64,000 nt of DNA from Tubiluchus corallicola (Eukaryota; Animalia; Priapulida): assembly GCA_030141605.1 (NCBI GenBank), contig JAQGDQ010000047.1:682001-746000 (forward strand), read 5' to 3'. Below the pieces are notes generated by a model. The model was not told the origin of the DNA. It ran no database searches and saw nothing but the letters and a program-made list of their open reading frames with translations. Every line of letters starts with the position of its first letter. Positions within the stretch are counted from its first letter, which is position 1. The translations under genes were made by a program, and so were the position numbers. This document shows positions 52,905 through 64,000 of this stretch, piece after piece.

Positions 52905-55200
52905 CTTCACCTGCCTGTTGCTGAAAATCTTCTTTACAAAGACATCAGGACCTAGAGTTCAACTCGCGTACGGTCCCTTCTCATATTCATTTTAAATTTA
53001 TCGATAGATGGTGCACTGACAGTATCAGCTGAGAGTGAGTTTCATGGACCGGCCACACGAGAGGCAAAAAAATGAGAACGGATGTTGGTTCGGCTATATT
53101 CGATGAAGAGTTTGGAATAATGGTCTCATAGTTCTCTCCATGGTCTTGAGAAGAAATCTTGTTCTTGTAAAAGTGAGACTCTTTTCATAATATTATAATA
53201 GTTGACAAGATCAGCAGCACATCGGCATTGTTCCAAAGTGGAAAACACTGCAGGATCTGCATCATGGACTAGCCTCATACATCTGTCTTGAGTTTTCTCC
53301 AAAGCATCTTCGAGAGTTACATACTGTGGTGACTACACTACTGATGCAAATTCCAAAATAGGACGAATGACTGCTTTGTATAGAAGGACTATAACATTAG
53401 CAGGTTCTTAAAACAACATAACGTTTGACCATACCAATTCGACTATTTGCCTGAGCTATTATATGATTAACATGGGTATTCCACTATAGGTCATTGGATA
53501 TGTACATGCCTAAATCACGTACAACAGAATTCTCTTCTATGACTCCATCACTGATATAATATGGTATGTGAGATTTATTCTGCACACGTAATAAGCAACA
53601 CTTACTTCTCTTAAGTTGCATCAACCATTCATTGCACCATTTTTCAATTTCATTAAGATCATTTTGTAAAATAAATAAATCTAAGTAACCCCAGATTGGG
53701 CGATAGGGCTTAAGATCATGTACAAATAAAAGGATGCTTGTATCAGGAGACACACAATTAGTAATGTCATTTATAAAAATAAAAAGCAGTAAGGACCACT
53801 AAGAGTACCTGGGGGATTCCACTAGCTACTGGTTGCCAGTTTGTAGTTATACCATTCATAACAATTCGTTGTCTACGATGAGTTAAGAAAAAAATCAAAC
53901 CATTTTAATATATTACCATAGATTCCTGAGAACTCCATCTTGAGCAGTAGCCGTCTTAGGGGCACAGAGTGAAAAGTTTTTCTAAAGTCTATTTATAAAA
54001 TATCAATACCAGGTAAGGATGGATCAGCAAAAAATTTAATCCATTCATTTAAGCAAGAGAGTAAATTAGTTACAACAGAGCGATTTGGTAAAGAGCCATG
54101 CTGATTTTTGCAAATACGCTTAGAATTGACAAGAAATAGAAGTACCTCATCCCATATAATGGACTGAAGGCACTTGGTAACAACTGATGTTAAAGAAATA
54201 GGCCTTAAATCATCGCAAGAAGGAGTTGCAGAGAGTTTCTTCGGAACAGGAGTGACATTTTAGTCAAGCCAGTTCAAAGGAACTTTGCAAGAATCAAGAA
54301 TTTCTTAAAAATCAAAAATAGTAGTAAAGCAAGTTGCAGGGCACAGGTTTTGAAAACAAAACATGAATATTGTCCAGGCCTGTGGCTTTAAAAGGCTTTA
54401 ACTTAATGAGCTTGAGATATACCTCATTTATCAAAAAGACAACACTTGGTTAACTATTGCAATTCCAACCATCAGATGGGAACTGTAATTCAATGTTCTC
54501 AGGTTCTTGGGTAAAAAAAGAGGCAAAGTATCATTTATGGTAGAAGCAATAGTGGCAGGATCGCTGACAATCTCTTGTTGTTGATGTACGATACTGCTTA
54601 TACGGTTCGTTTTAAAAAACGTTTGCTGTAACGAAAAATTCCTTGCCATTCTTACTAATTCTACTAGCTAGTTTTTCTTCATACCTTTTCCTGGCATCAA
54701 GAATAGACTGTCTCAATTGTTGAGAAGCTTGCGTATATTCAGCTTTCACACTATTTAAAGAAGTTACACGCCACAAATTCCAGAGGCGACTTTTATTAGC
54801 TTTTGCTTTAATAACAAAAGAATCCCTTTTTCAAGTGGCACAAGCATATTTACGATCATTTGAAGAGGTTCCCTTTAGAGGTACGAAAGTATTTACAGCA
54901 TAATTATATTTATCGTAGAAGTTCCAACAGGTATAATTATATATGGGTATAGTCCACATTCATTATTAGTTTCCGATTTTATTTTTTAACACGCCCCATT
55001 ACATAAAACAAAAGCAACAAAATCCAGAAGCTGGCTCATTTTCGAACCAGGTAAATTAACAAGTTAATTAAACCTTAGGCTTAACTAGGAAATTATACCG
55101 ATTAACACATCCCGCCAAAAACGGATTAAGGTAAAAGCTATACTATTTACATAACGCAAGGAGCATACCTGTTTCTCCCAAAATTTATTATTTGAAACTA
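52905..55200 (-). mobile_element. Degenerate, 5'-truncated CR1-clade LINE (EN remnant, RT and 3' end)
   Basis: Minus-strand remnants with stops and frameshifts: LLFIFINDITNCV..SILLFVHDLK (FADD position), LQNDLNEIEKWCNEWLMQL..SKC, RDLG, YKAVIRPILEFAS, and the CR1-type C-terminus FFASRVAGP*NSL..VSAPSIDKFK. These are followed by a gggacc...ggtcct 3' stem-loop. Boundaries are approximate. Confidence 0.82.
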
Positions 55201-55524
55201 CCATTACCGTTAAGAATATTAAAAAAGCTTTTTCGCCTTATTTTTGCTCTTTGTGTTTCGGCTGCTTTCTCGGCGTGGCTTGATTTTAGGCCGATTTTGC
55301 GCCTTATCTTCGTGGACGACGTGAGTTTACCGACTGACAACGACATTTGTTTCAGCGTTAGTTTATTTATTTTATGTTTCATTTATTAGAACTGCACAAT
55401 ATAAAAATAAAAATAAAATCATTGTATGAAAATTAATAAACAACCAGTTTAGGAAACTGATTCCAAAAAAAATTACCTAAATGTACACGAATAAATTTTG
55501 GAATTAATACACACGTTTGACAAC

Positions 55525-55575
55525 TAGGGGTGAGCAATTTGAGCATTCGAAAGTTCTAATCGAATCGAGTAATCA
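55525..55575 (+). mobile_element. Solo hAT-like terminal fragment
   Basis: taggggtgagcaatt followed by ttcgaa/tcgaatcga subterminal words, similar to the ends at 60314 and 61563. Confidence 0.4.
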
Positions 55576-58500
55576 CTGCAAATTTTACATATTCCAACAC
55601 TGATACTCTGTGACCCTTCTTGAACATTCAGGTAACACTTTAATTAGACGCTCTCCGTACATTTTTCACCAGCAGACTTCCTAAATTTGCTTGGGTTCAT
55701 CCATACAGCAAGCTACAGTATGGAGGATATCAATTAGAAGCTCCAAGGTTTTGTTACAGATAATAACCAGTGCAAGTAGAGCCCTCACGGCCATAGGAAC
55801 AGACTGTCAGATTAGGAAGGCAAATGAGGCAGATAGGGTAGGGTGGAATAGAACCATTCAAGATTTTGAGGAGTTGTTGGCAGAAGCTCAGAGGAGAACA
55901 AGTAGGACATGCAGTGAGACCACACAGAAGTTTCTTCGATACTGTGCCATCACGTCATTACTGCTCCAGTCTCCGGGACATTTCTCGCTCACATTGGACT
56001 TAAGTTGCATGTTAGGGCTCGCCAACACCAGCAAACACTTGAGGTAGATGATCTTCATACTCTCTAGGCCAGGGAGTAGGGAGTAGAAGCGGGAGATAGA
56101 ATCACTACATCATTTAGTACAAACATTATGATAGTTTTGTTTTAGTAGTAATAGTAGTAAAATATTTATTTGTCATTTTAAAAACATTGACCATAATAAT
56201 GAAAGACAGACGATCAGTGTTAGTTCATATAAAAACATACACTGTTCTGTGCAAATGCGTCTGGTGCAAGCTAAATCATAAGTGCAACTAGAAATTCAAA
56301 AATAAAATATAAACTAGTTTAATAAGGTCTAGGAAAAATGAAATTATGATTTGAGTAAGTATCATCGTGTTCGTATTACGGATAACCAAAACGAGTCATT
56401 AAATGTTTTTTTTAAATTTAGACTTGAATATTGATAAAGAGCTGCTGTGTTTTAGTGATGTCGGTAATGCATTCCAAAGTTGTATTGCTTGTTTAGTAAT
56501 GGAATTCTTTCCATATTGATTGTTCGTTCTAATGTTACTTAAATTTAGTGTTCTGATATTCATACTGGGGTTTTCAAGAAGTGGGAGCTTATTGTTTTTG
56601 AAAGGAGAATTAATATATTTATATTGATATATTTATAGAGAAACAAGAGAGTTTGATAATCTCTGTGGGCTTCTAATATTGGGATTTTCATGGAGTTTCT
56701 TAAAGAAGTGGCAGAATATTTACTTGTATTGTGAGATGATTTCAAAGAATGACCATTAACTAATCATAAAGCACAGTTTTGAAGTACATTTAATTTGATG
56801 TATGACTCTCTTTTCACTTTTTGGAACAGTATGCAGGCATATAAATAATGGGGCAAAATTAAAGTTTTGTAAATTAGAATTTTTGTTTGTTTTGATAGCT
56901 GTCCTCTGATTTGTTGAAGGTACGAAGTACTTAATGTCATTTTTGTAAATGTTGATGAACTGCTCTTCCCATGTAAGCATGTTGTCCAACATAACGCCTA
57001 AGAAATTAACAACTTTTGACGGCACAATAACAGCACTTTCTATTTGCAAGGATGTAGCTGCTGTATTTTCTGTATTGTTAATTGTTGGGGATAATACCAT
57101 AAATTCTGTTTTATCATTATTCATTTTTAGCTTATAATAATTAAATGCCATGTTGATGTTCTTTATGTCTTTTTCTAAGTACTGTTTTGCAATACTGACA
57201 TTCTCGCGAGCCAGATAAATAGTCGTGTTGTCTGCATATTGCGTAATACCTGAACGTTGTAGAACGTTAGAAATATTGTTGATGTAAAGGTTAAACAGTA
57301 GAGGTCCCAACAGTGTGCCCTGCGGGATACCTCATTGAAGGTTAGCCCAATCTGAGAATGCCTCAGAGTTTATTTTAACCTGTTGCTTTCTATTTTGTAG
57401 GTAATCATTAATTAATTTTAATGCTGATTGTTCAAATCTAACTTCTTTCAAATTATCTAATAGTAGTGTGTGATTTAAACTGTCGAAAGCTTTACTTAAA
57501 TCTAGAAAAGCTGCTGCCACATATCTGTTTTTATCAAGATTATCTCACAAATTTTCAGTTACGTTTATTATAGCATCGACAGTTGAATGTTTTTTTTTCA
57601 AATCCGAATTGATGTTTCGATAAGAGTTCATTTTGATTGACATATCTAATAATTTGATCATATATTTTACTCATACAATGAACTATTGATACCAGTCTTT
57701 AATTTATTGGTTCATCTTTAGCATTCTTTTTGTGAATTGATGTAATATTAGCTGTTTTGCATTGATCAGGAAATTTGCCACGCATTATTATTTGGTTAGT
57801 GATATAGGTGATATGTGGAACAATTAAATGCATACTGTCCTTTAGAATTTTTATTGATATGTCAGATGTGCCACTACCTTTAGTGGCATCTAAATTATTT
57901 ATTATTTTTAAAATATCAGCAAAAGTAACGCTGGAAAATGAAAATTGGTTATTTGCAGGTCCTACAGTTTCTAGTTTGTCCTGTATGGTATCAGTACAAT
58001 CATTCTGCAAATTAAAGTTTCCGAGGTTAACAAACGTCTCATTTAACAGGTTTGCAATATCTTTGGGTTTCATTATTGTGGTATTGTTGATTTTAGGTTC
58101 ATTTACCCTATTTTGTTTATTTTTATGTTTATTTATAACATTGTTGATCACTGTCCATTTTTGTTTTGTAGTGGAGGTAATACTGCATTGTTCTTGAATA
58201 TATCTATTTTTTCGAATTTTATTAAGATTGTTGAATTTGTTTCTAGCTTTTTTGTACTTTATGTGGTCGTTTTTAGATTTAGTGTTAAGCCATATGTTAT
58301 ATAAGTTATTTTTATTATTTCTTAAATCATTAAGTTCAACATTTGTCCAATTACTTTCACAATTAAGCTTTGATTTGATGTTCGATTCTTTAACTTTTTT
58401 AAAAGGTGCATGAAGATCTAAGCAGTATTGGATATTGTTTATTAAAATGTCTACTTGAGTGTTTATATTTGTTGCAAGATATATCTTGCTACAGCTCATT

Positions 58501-58685
58501 TTAGCTAAGTCATTTAAAAAGTATGTCTCATTATAGTGTGTGAAATCTCTGAAATTTTTCCAACACGAATTATGATTTGCTGCATTTAAGTGGAATAATT
58601 TATCAGTAGTAATTATGAAATTGTGATCTGAATATTCACAAGGTATACTGTCATGAGCTGTAAATTTGCAAGGGTTATTAGTAAT

Positions 58686-59230
58686 TGTTGGCATCATTCT
58701 GTCTCGGAAGACAATGGGGTGTGCGCCAAGTGAGTCAGTTATTGATCACATTGATGGAACTGCAGCGTCGACTGTGACTGGGCAGTCCGATCTTTGAACC
58801 ACTGGAATGGCGCACGCCTGGGCAAGGTGTAGGAAGATCCTGAGTTGCCTAGACAACAGGAACCCCATCTCTTCCTCCCTGGTGTAGTCCAAGGGAAAGC
58901 GGAGCGATACGTTTGGCACCAGATTGGCTGCAGGAGCTGCCGAAGTCAGTGAGCATGCTGCACTGGTCCGGCTTCGGGGCTCCACTCCTGATTTGGAAGG
59001 TTTACTCCTCTACACATGACCGTTGGGTCACTTGACCTCCTTTGCCCTCTAGCCATTGGCTGCTTGTGCAGCTCTTCCTCCTAGTGTTGAGGCACAGTGT
59101 GGGCATCCCGCAAGCCTACAGCACCTGGTATTTCTAGGCGGTCACCCATTCAAGTACTAACCAGGCTCTACGTTGCTTAACTTCGGTGATCAGACGAGAA
59201 CTGGTGTTTTCAACGTGATATGGCCGTAGT
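58686..59230 (-). mobile_element. 5S rRNA-derived SINE (SINE3 class) with structured body and RTE-like 3' tail
   Basis: Exact 11-bp TSD ttattagtaat at 58675-58685 and 59231-59241. Removing the insert restores the host LINE frame (DHFITN-NPCKF). It has a 5S head, a GC-rich body without an oligo-T run, and the tail ...ccattgtcttccgagacagaatgatgccaaca. Confidence 0.9.
59112..59229 (-). pseudogene. Near full-length 5S rRNA sequence forming the SINE head
   Basis: ctacggccatatcacgttgaaaacaccagttctcgtctgatcaccgaagttaagcaacgtagagcctggttagtacttgaatgggtgaccgcctagaaataccaggtgctgtaggctt is recognisable metazoan 5S with box A and box C. It carries several transition-type changes and no TTTT terminator. 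Confidence 0.93.
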
Positions 59231-60004
59231 TTATTAGTAATGAAATGATCAATTAAAGTAAAAGACGTTTTACTGCACCTTGTTGGTTTATCGTTGTTTA
59301 ATAGTTCCACATTAAATAAATTTAGAAGTTCTTTGTACTTTGCATATGAAACAGTGTTACTAGTAAGAGTGTTAATATTAAAATCGCCCATAATTAAGAT
59401 TTGTTTGTTTTCAAATACTGCTCTTTCTAATTCTATTCCGAAGTATTTAAAAAAAGTTTTTTGGGGGTCTATAAACAGTGCATACTAAGTAATCCGTGAT
59501 GTTGCACCACAGAGATTCAATCTTTCCTGTTTGCATACCCTTTGTTTCTGTGGCTGCGAAATGCGATGGTAAATAGATGGCTACTCCTCCTTTTTTGTTC
59601 TATCCCTTCTGAATAATGTGTGATTTGGTAATTGTATTGAAGTACTTGAAACTTGATATTTAAATTGGAATTACGCATTTTATTTTAAAACATTGGTAAA
59701 CATTATTTGAACACACTGGTAATGGCAAAATGCGCATGTTGACTAGCGTAGAGCTTATTCATGAAATTGTTTAGTTTCTGCACTGTAACGACACAAAATA
59801 ACTCTGGCCGATTGTCTTCGGAACCATGGATGTAGCTACAAAGCGCAGTGAATGGAGGCGCTCTCTGCAGACGAAATTCAACATGAAAATGGTGGAGTTG
59901 CAAAGCTTTCGAAAGTTCCATAAAAGAAAACCGAGTTTTAGGTTTTCAGACAAAAAGATTTAATTCAAAGCTAGTTTCATCCTTATTATGGCAGGTTAAT
60001 ACGT

Positions 60005-60119
60005 ATGACAATGGAAAGTGCAAGATCCGATGGCAGCTGTACGAACAGCGATAGTGCTTCAGCTTCTTGGATGAAGTATTGGGATACCGAAACAAACAGT
60101 TTGTCTGGTATAAATTTAG
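60005..60119 (+). CDS. Candidate first coding exon of an unidentified plus-strand gene
   Basis: MTMESARSDGSCTNSDSASASWMKYWDTETNSLSGINL followed by a consensus donor AG|GTAAGA (phase 1). It is preceded by an in-frame stop and a CpG-containing promoter-like stretch. No downstream exon was recognised. Confidence 0.45.
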
Positions 60120-60313
60120 GTAAGAATTCTGCATTACTAAATCATTTTTCTTTAGGTTAGAGTTAAAAATTTTGTTGTGGAATTAAATGGTGGCGTATAC
60201 AACCATCCGACCAGTGTGCTGTAATAGTAATAGTATTGTTGTCTAGATATTGTTAACATCGAGTTTTACTCTTTCTGGTATGTTGTAATGATAGTTAATG
60301 CATTAGTTATAAT

Positions 60314-61563
60314 TAGTGGAGAGCAACTACTACGAGAAATCGAATTTGAATGGAATTGAATTAAGATTTTCGAAGAAGTATGTGCAAGAAAAATTTTGTA
60401 GTCTGAGATGGCGAAGACTGTACATGTAACATGACAATTAACTTACCACTAAGACTGTAATGCTTGATTTGTTTATCTAAAATTAAGAAACACAATTCAA
60501 ATGAATTTATAGTAAAAATAATTTGGTGCACTTAGCAATTTAGTGAATTTTTGCCTTACTGTATTTTAAATGATATGTTCAAGGATAACCCATTGTTTTG
60601 CACATCTAAAATTGTATATTTTATTGCTCGTCTTGCAAATTGCCTTTGGTGACTCATTATGCTTAAAGGAGAGACCAGGCCTTCTGGATCACCAGGTTTA
60701 TTTCAATATTCGCAAAAATGTTAGAATGTTTAAGTAATAAAACTGCAATAAGTGCTTTATGTAATTAGTAAAATCACTTTAAAGTTGCGATCATTTCATG
60801 CTTGGGCACTCCCATTTTCAATGCCCATTTTTCTTCCAATGATGTCATTCATCCTAAACAAAAGCAGCACGCTGTCAGTTTTTCATCAAAAGCATAACTT
60901 AAATTTTTATAAAATAATTAGCTTAGATAGTTAATTTTGTAATATTTTTGTGTGAACATTAGGTAAGCTGCAGAAATTTGAATTAGTTTTGTAAAGCGCG
61001 CTTGCGAAAATCCACGGTGAGCTTATGAAAAGTCACGAATTCTCCCAGTTAAGTCAAATTTTTGAAGTGAATGGCAGAAACCACCATGCCTGAAAATTTC
61101 TATTCAGAAGAATTATGTTTTAAATTTATGCTTTATAGCCAGCTTTTTGCAAATTTCTTTAATATATTTTTCTAAGTTTAAGTGATAACAGTAAAATAAA
61201 CCCAACACACCGAGTGACCTATTCTTTCCTTTAATACTAGGTAAGTACCTGGTTTTACAGGCCATGCCAAGGAGGCATATATAACATTTCTTAATTAGAA
61301 GGCAGACAGTCGCCATTGCTGACTCATTTGCCACTCTTACTACTTATTTCATACTTGCAAGCAGCTTGCAGAGATTGCGCATATTGATTTTGTAAAAACT
61401 AGTAATAATATGTTAAAAAATAGTGTACAAGAATCACAGGTAAATTGTTTTGACTGCTAGCTTAAAAGTTAAATGAAAATAATTTGGGTGCTGCATTATT
61501 TTAGTTTATTTTTGGTTTGAGTTTGAGGTTTAAAGTTTTTCGAATTGAATTGCTCAACCCTTT
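60314..61563. mobile_element. Old hAT-like non-autonomous element hosting a nested MITE
   Basis: Degenerate TIRs tagtggagagcaa / ttgctcaaccctt with tcgaatt subterminal words at both ends. Candidate 8-bp TSD gttataat (60306-60313) / cttataat (61564-61571). Confidence 0.45.
60667..61230. mobile_element. Kolobok/T2-like MITE (TTAA TSD, AGG...CCT termini)
   Basis: TTAA at 60663-60666 and 61231-61234. The ends align without gaps over ~40 nt as imperfect TIRs (ttaaaggagagaccaggcc...ggtttattt versus reverse complement ttaaaggaaagaataggtc...ggtttattt). Confidence 0.7.
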
Positions 61564-64000
61564 CTTATAATATGAAATATTAATTATATTTAGTGGAATT
61601 ATTCAAATGATAAAAAGTCTTACAAAAATAGAAAGAAAATGGTTATCGCCCTTATGAAAAAGGGAGTCAGACATAATTGGAATTTTACTGTTATTGTGCT
61701 AACATAGTTCTTTAAGCAAAATTATAATGTTTATAGAAATCATCATAATTAATTAGGCGTGTAACATCAGACCATGATAGAGAAAATTTGCTTTATTCAG
61801 TGTATTTGTGATTGTTTTAAAATAATTTGCTTTCCAGTTGGCTCTTTTTCTCATATTGTAGAGCTAATCAATTAATATGCAAATTTAGTTACAGTATGGT
61901 TGGTGTAAGAAAGTCTTACTCAGTTCTTCGTGTACAAGCTTTTGCTGCATGGATACATGGATCTACTGTAATTATCATTTGTATGCATTAAAAGTTGCTT
62001 ATATATTTATACATCATTGCGCAAACTTTTTAGTCAACCATTTGATGCTGGTGTTAGAATGCCGCATGTGTGAACTATGGAATATTGTATTTAGTTAGTT
62101 TAAACATAATTTATTATAGGATTAGATCAGACACTTTGAACAACATGATTTAGGATCCTCACTACAACAGACTATATACAACTGTCAGTTGTATATAATG
62201 TATTTTGATGTTATACATCTAGACGATGTATTTTCAGTCTGAGGAGAATATTATACAGTAATCAGAATTTATTATGTAAGTGCACATTAAACTGTGATAT
62301 AGGATTCACATCTTCTATTAGAAAACGATTCTATTAATTGCAAGTTTTACGTTGTAATTAACACAATACTAATAACTTTTTTTGTACTAGCATTGTTCCA
62401 ATAATTAAGTATCATTGTGTAATTTTTCTTTCATTTAACTATGTCATTTATTCATCATTTTTTGGAATTTTCCTTGTAATTTTATGGTAAATGTGTGACG
62501 TTGTATTTTGTAAAATGAACTCTGGTTTGCAACAATAGTATGAAAATCATCTCAAAAATTTCATATTTGCTTGAATGTAGATTCTCTTCTAACTTCATGT
62601 AAAACATCTTTTGCATGTATGTTTATATCAATATCAAATAACAATTTTGTAATGTCTACATTTACTCCATATTTCACTTTTTTTGGTATTTTAATGTGTA
62701 ACAAAAAGAGGGACATTTGGCCATTTCACATTCTTTTGTATTTTCTAAAGGCCATCATGTATGCCATATTTTTTATTATGTGACTATATGAGTGAGAGAA
62801 ACAATTGAAAACGTGCCTAATTATCGATTTTATGTGAATAATGCATTCAACTTATGGAAGTTTTTATGGAATGTACAGTATTTCAAGCTGGGTTCTATAA
62901 GAATTTGCTCATTTTTTGTACTGTTTAAGGAACTTTTCCTTTTCACTAGAAGCAGCAAAATTTCGTCAAAATTTCAAGTTAGGAAGAAATCTCAAGTGTA
63001 TTATGAAGTGATTCAGGGTCGTTTTTATGTACTGTATTCTCAAATAGTATTCAAAGGTAGAATCTGTAGACCTGTGGCAAAAAATACAGAAATCTTGTAA
63101 TTTCATACATAACAGGTTGTTTGATATTAGAAATATTGATCTAAAGTTTTCACTATTTGCTTTTGTAGAATTGGTATTTTAGTAACTTATACTTTATACA
63201 AGTAGGGTATATTAACATCGTAATCATCGCCAGACTCAAAAGGCAATCAAAGATGGCCTCGGATTAGTGAGTCAATTTTTTTGCACACTGAAAACAGCAC
63301 AAATTTTGTATTAGCTATACTGAGTCTGAGATAATCAAGACAGATTTGTGTATTTATCCATTAAATGCTGAAGGTGTCACTGTTCAATAATCATTCTAGA
63401 AAGAGGTTTAGAAATTATAGTTTCAAAACTTCTGAGCACATCCAAGTAAAATCTTTCGTCTTTAAACACCCAGAGTAGGGCAAGATCATCGTGAAGGGGC
63501 CCAGTTCTAACTTTTATGGTTTTATATAATTTTAATTTGTTAGGTGGTTTTGTGGATTTATATTAAAGTATATATGTTGAATTCTTCATTAAAAGTTGAT
63601 TTGATCCATTATCTTTGCCAGTAAAGCCGGATTGTTGGTAGGATAGTGTCGTTAGTATCCGTCTGTCTATTACATAGTTGTTGGCATTTTGAATATGAAA
63701 AATGAAAGTTTGAACAATCAACATTACATGACATAACTGGACCCAGACTATCCGAGCTTGGTTGGTTGCTGACATACAAATGTTACTGGTGCTCATATCG
63801 AATGTGAGGTTCGCAGCATGATTGCATACTTTGAAAAAATTATTGTGCACTAATGATCAAAATTTAATTTTGGCATAGGTATTGGCCCAAATGTACTTGT
63901 ATCTGCTGGTATGTTTCCAGCTCAGAAAGGTAAAGGTCAAAGTCACGTATCACTTCATAACATGAGTACCTTGAATATGACTGACCAAATTTCATTATTA

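Larger units (their letters stand above)
56143..59670 (-). mobile_element. Degenerate, 5'-truncated LINE ORF2 (L2/Crack/Daphne-like), interrupted by a SINE
   Basis: APE endonuclease motifs (LFRRDR..GGVAIY, GDFNIN, PTR...TLIDHFITN, SDH) and RT motifs (FLDLSKAFDSLNH, PQGTLLGPLLFNLYIN, YADN, FLGVMLDNMLTW). The 3' end has AATAAA (plus-strand tttatt 56165-56170) and a (TAC)n-like tail. Multiple frameshifts. Confidence 0.9.

Noticed and set aside
53000-53020. CTCF-like tagatggtgcac
   Set aside because: Lies within the CR1 ORF2 remnant (VSAPSID), which explains the sequence.
58746-58985. 79-aa ORF within the insert
   Set aside because: Falls in the non-coding SINE body; GC-rich sequence gives chance ORFs.
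59112-59229. Functional 5S rRNA gene
   Set aside because: Single copy with no oligo-T terminator and helix-altering substitutions, and it is part of a TSD-flanked insertion inside a LINE.
55525-61562. One large hAT element pairing the 55525 end with the 61562 end and capturing the LINE and candidate exon
   Set aside because: Flanks show no TSD, whereas the 60314 end gives a 7/8 TSD match.

Overview
AT-rich eukaryotic (animal, probably invertebrate) genomic DNA with spliceosomal genes and one 410-nt assembly gap (26033-26442). Two intron-containing genes reconstruct by hand with consistent GT-AG junctions and phases, arranged tail-to-tail. The first is a DRAK/STK17 death-associated-protein-kinase-related kinase on the + strand (6 solid exons, 26940-41668, plus a tentative first exon at 25013-25086). 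The second is an LRRC23-like leucine-rich-repeat protein on the - strand (8 coding exons, 50821-43119, 373 aa). Upstream of LRRC23 is a ~7 kb stack of decayed non-LTR retrotransposons (a CR1-like and an L2/Crack/Daphne-like LINE). Inside the second LINE sits the most striking object: a TSD-flanked 545-bp SINE built from a near-complete 5S rRNA head, a structured GC-rich body and an RTE-like stem-loop tail. A possible third gene starts on the + strand near 60 kb. Several DNA-transposon MITEs are defined by TIRs and TSDs (Harbinger-, hAT- and Kolobok-like). A 72-bp tandem array appears to derive from the Kolobok-like terminus, and there is a long foldback around a TA microsatellite. Family assignments come from recalled motifs, not database searches.
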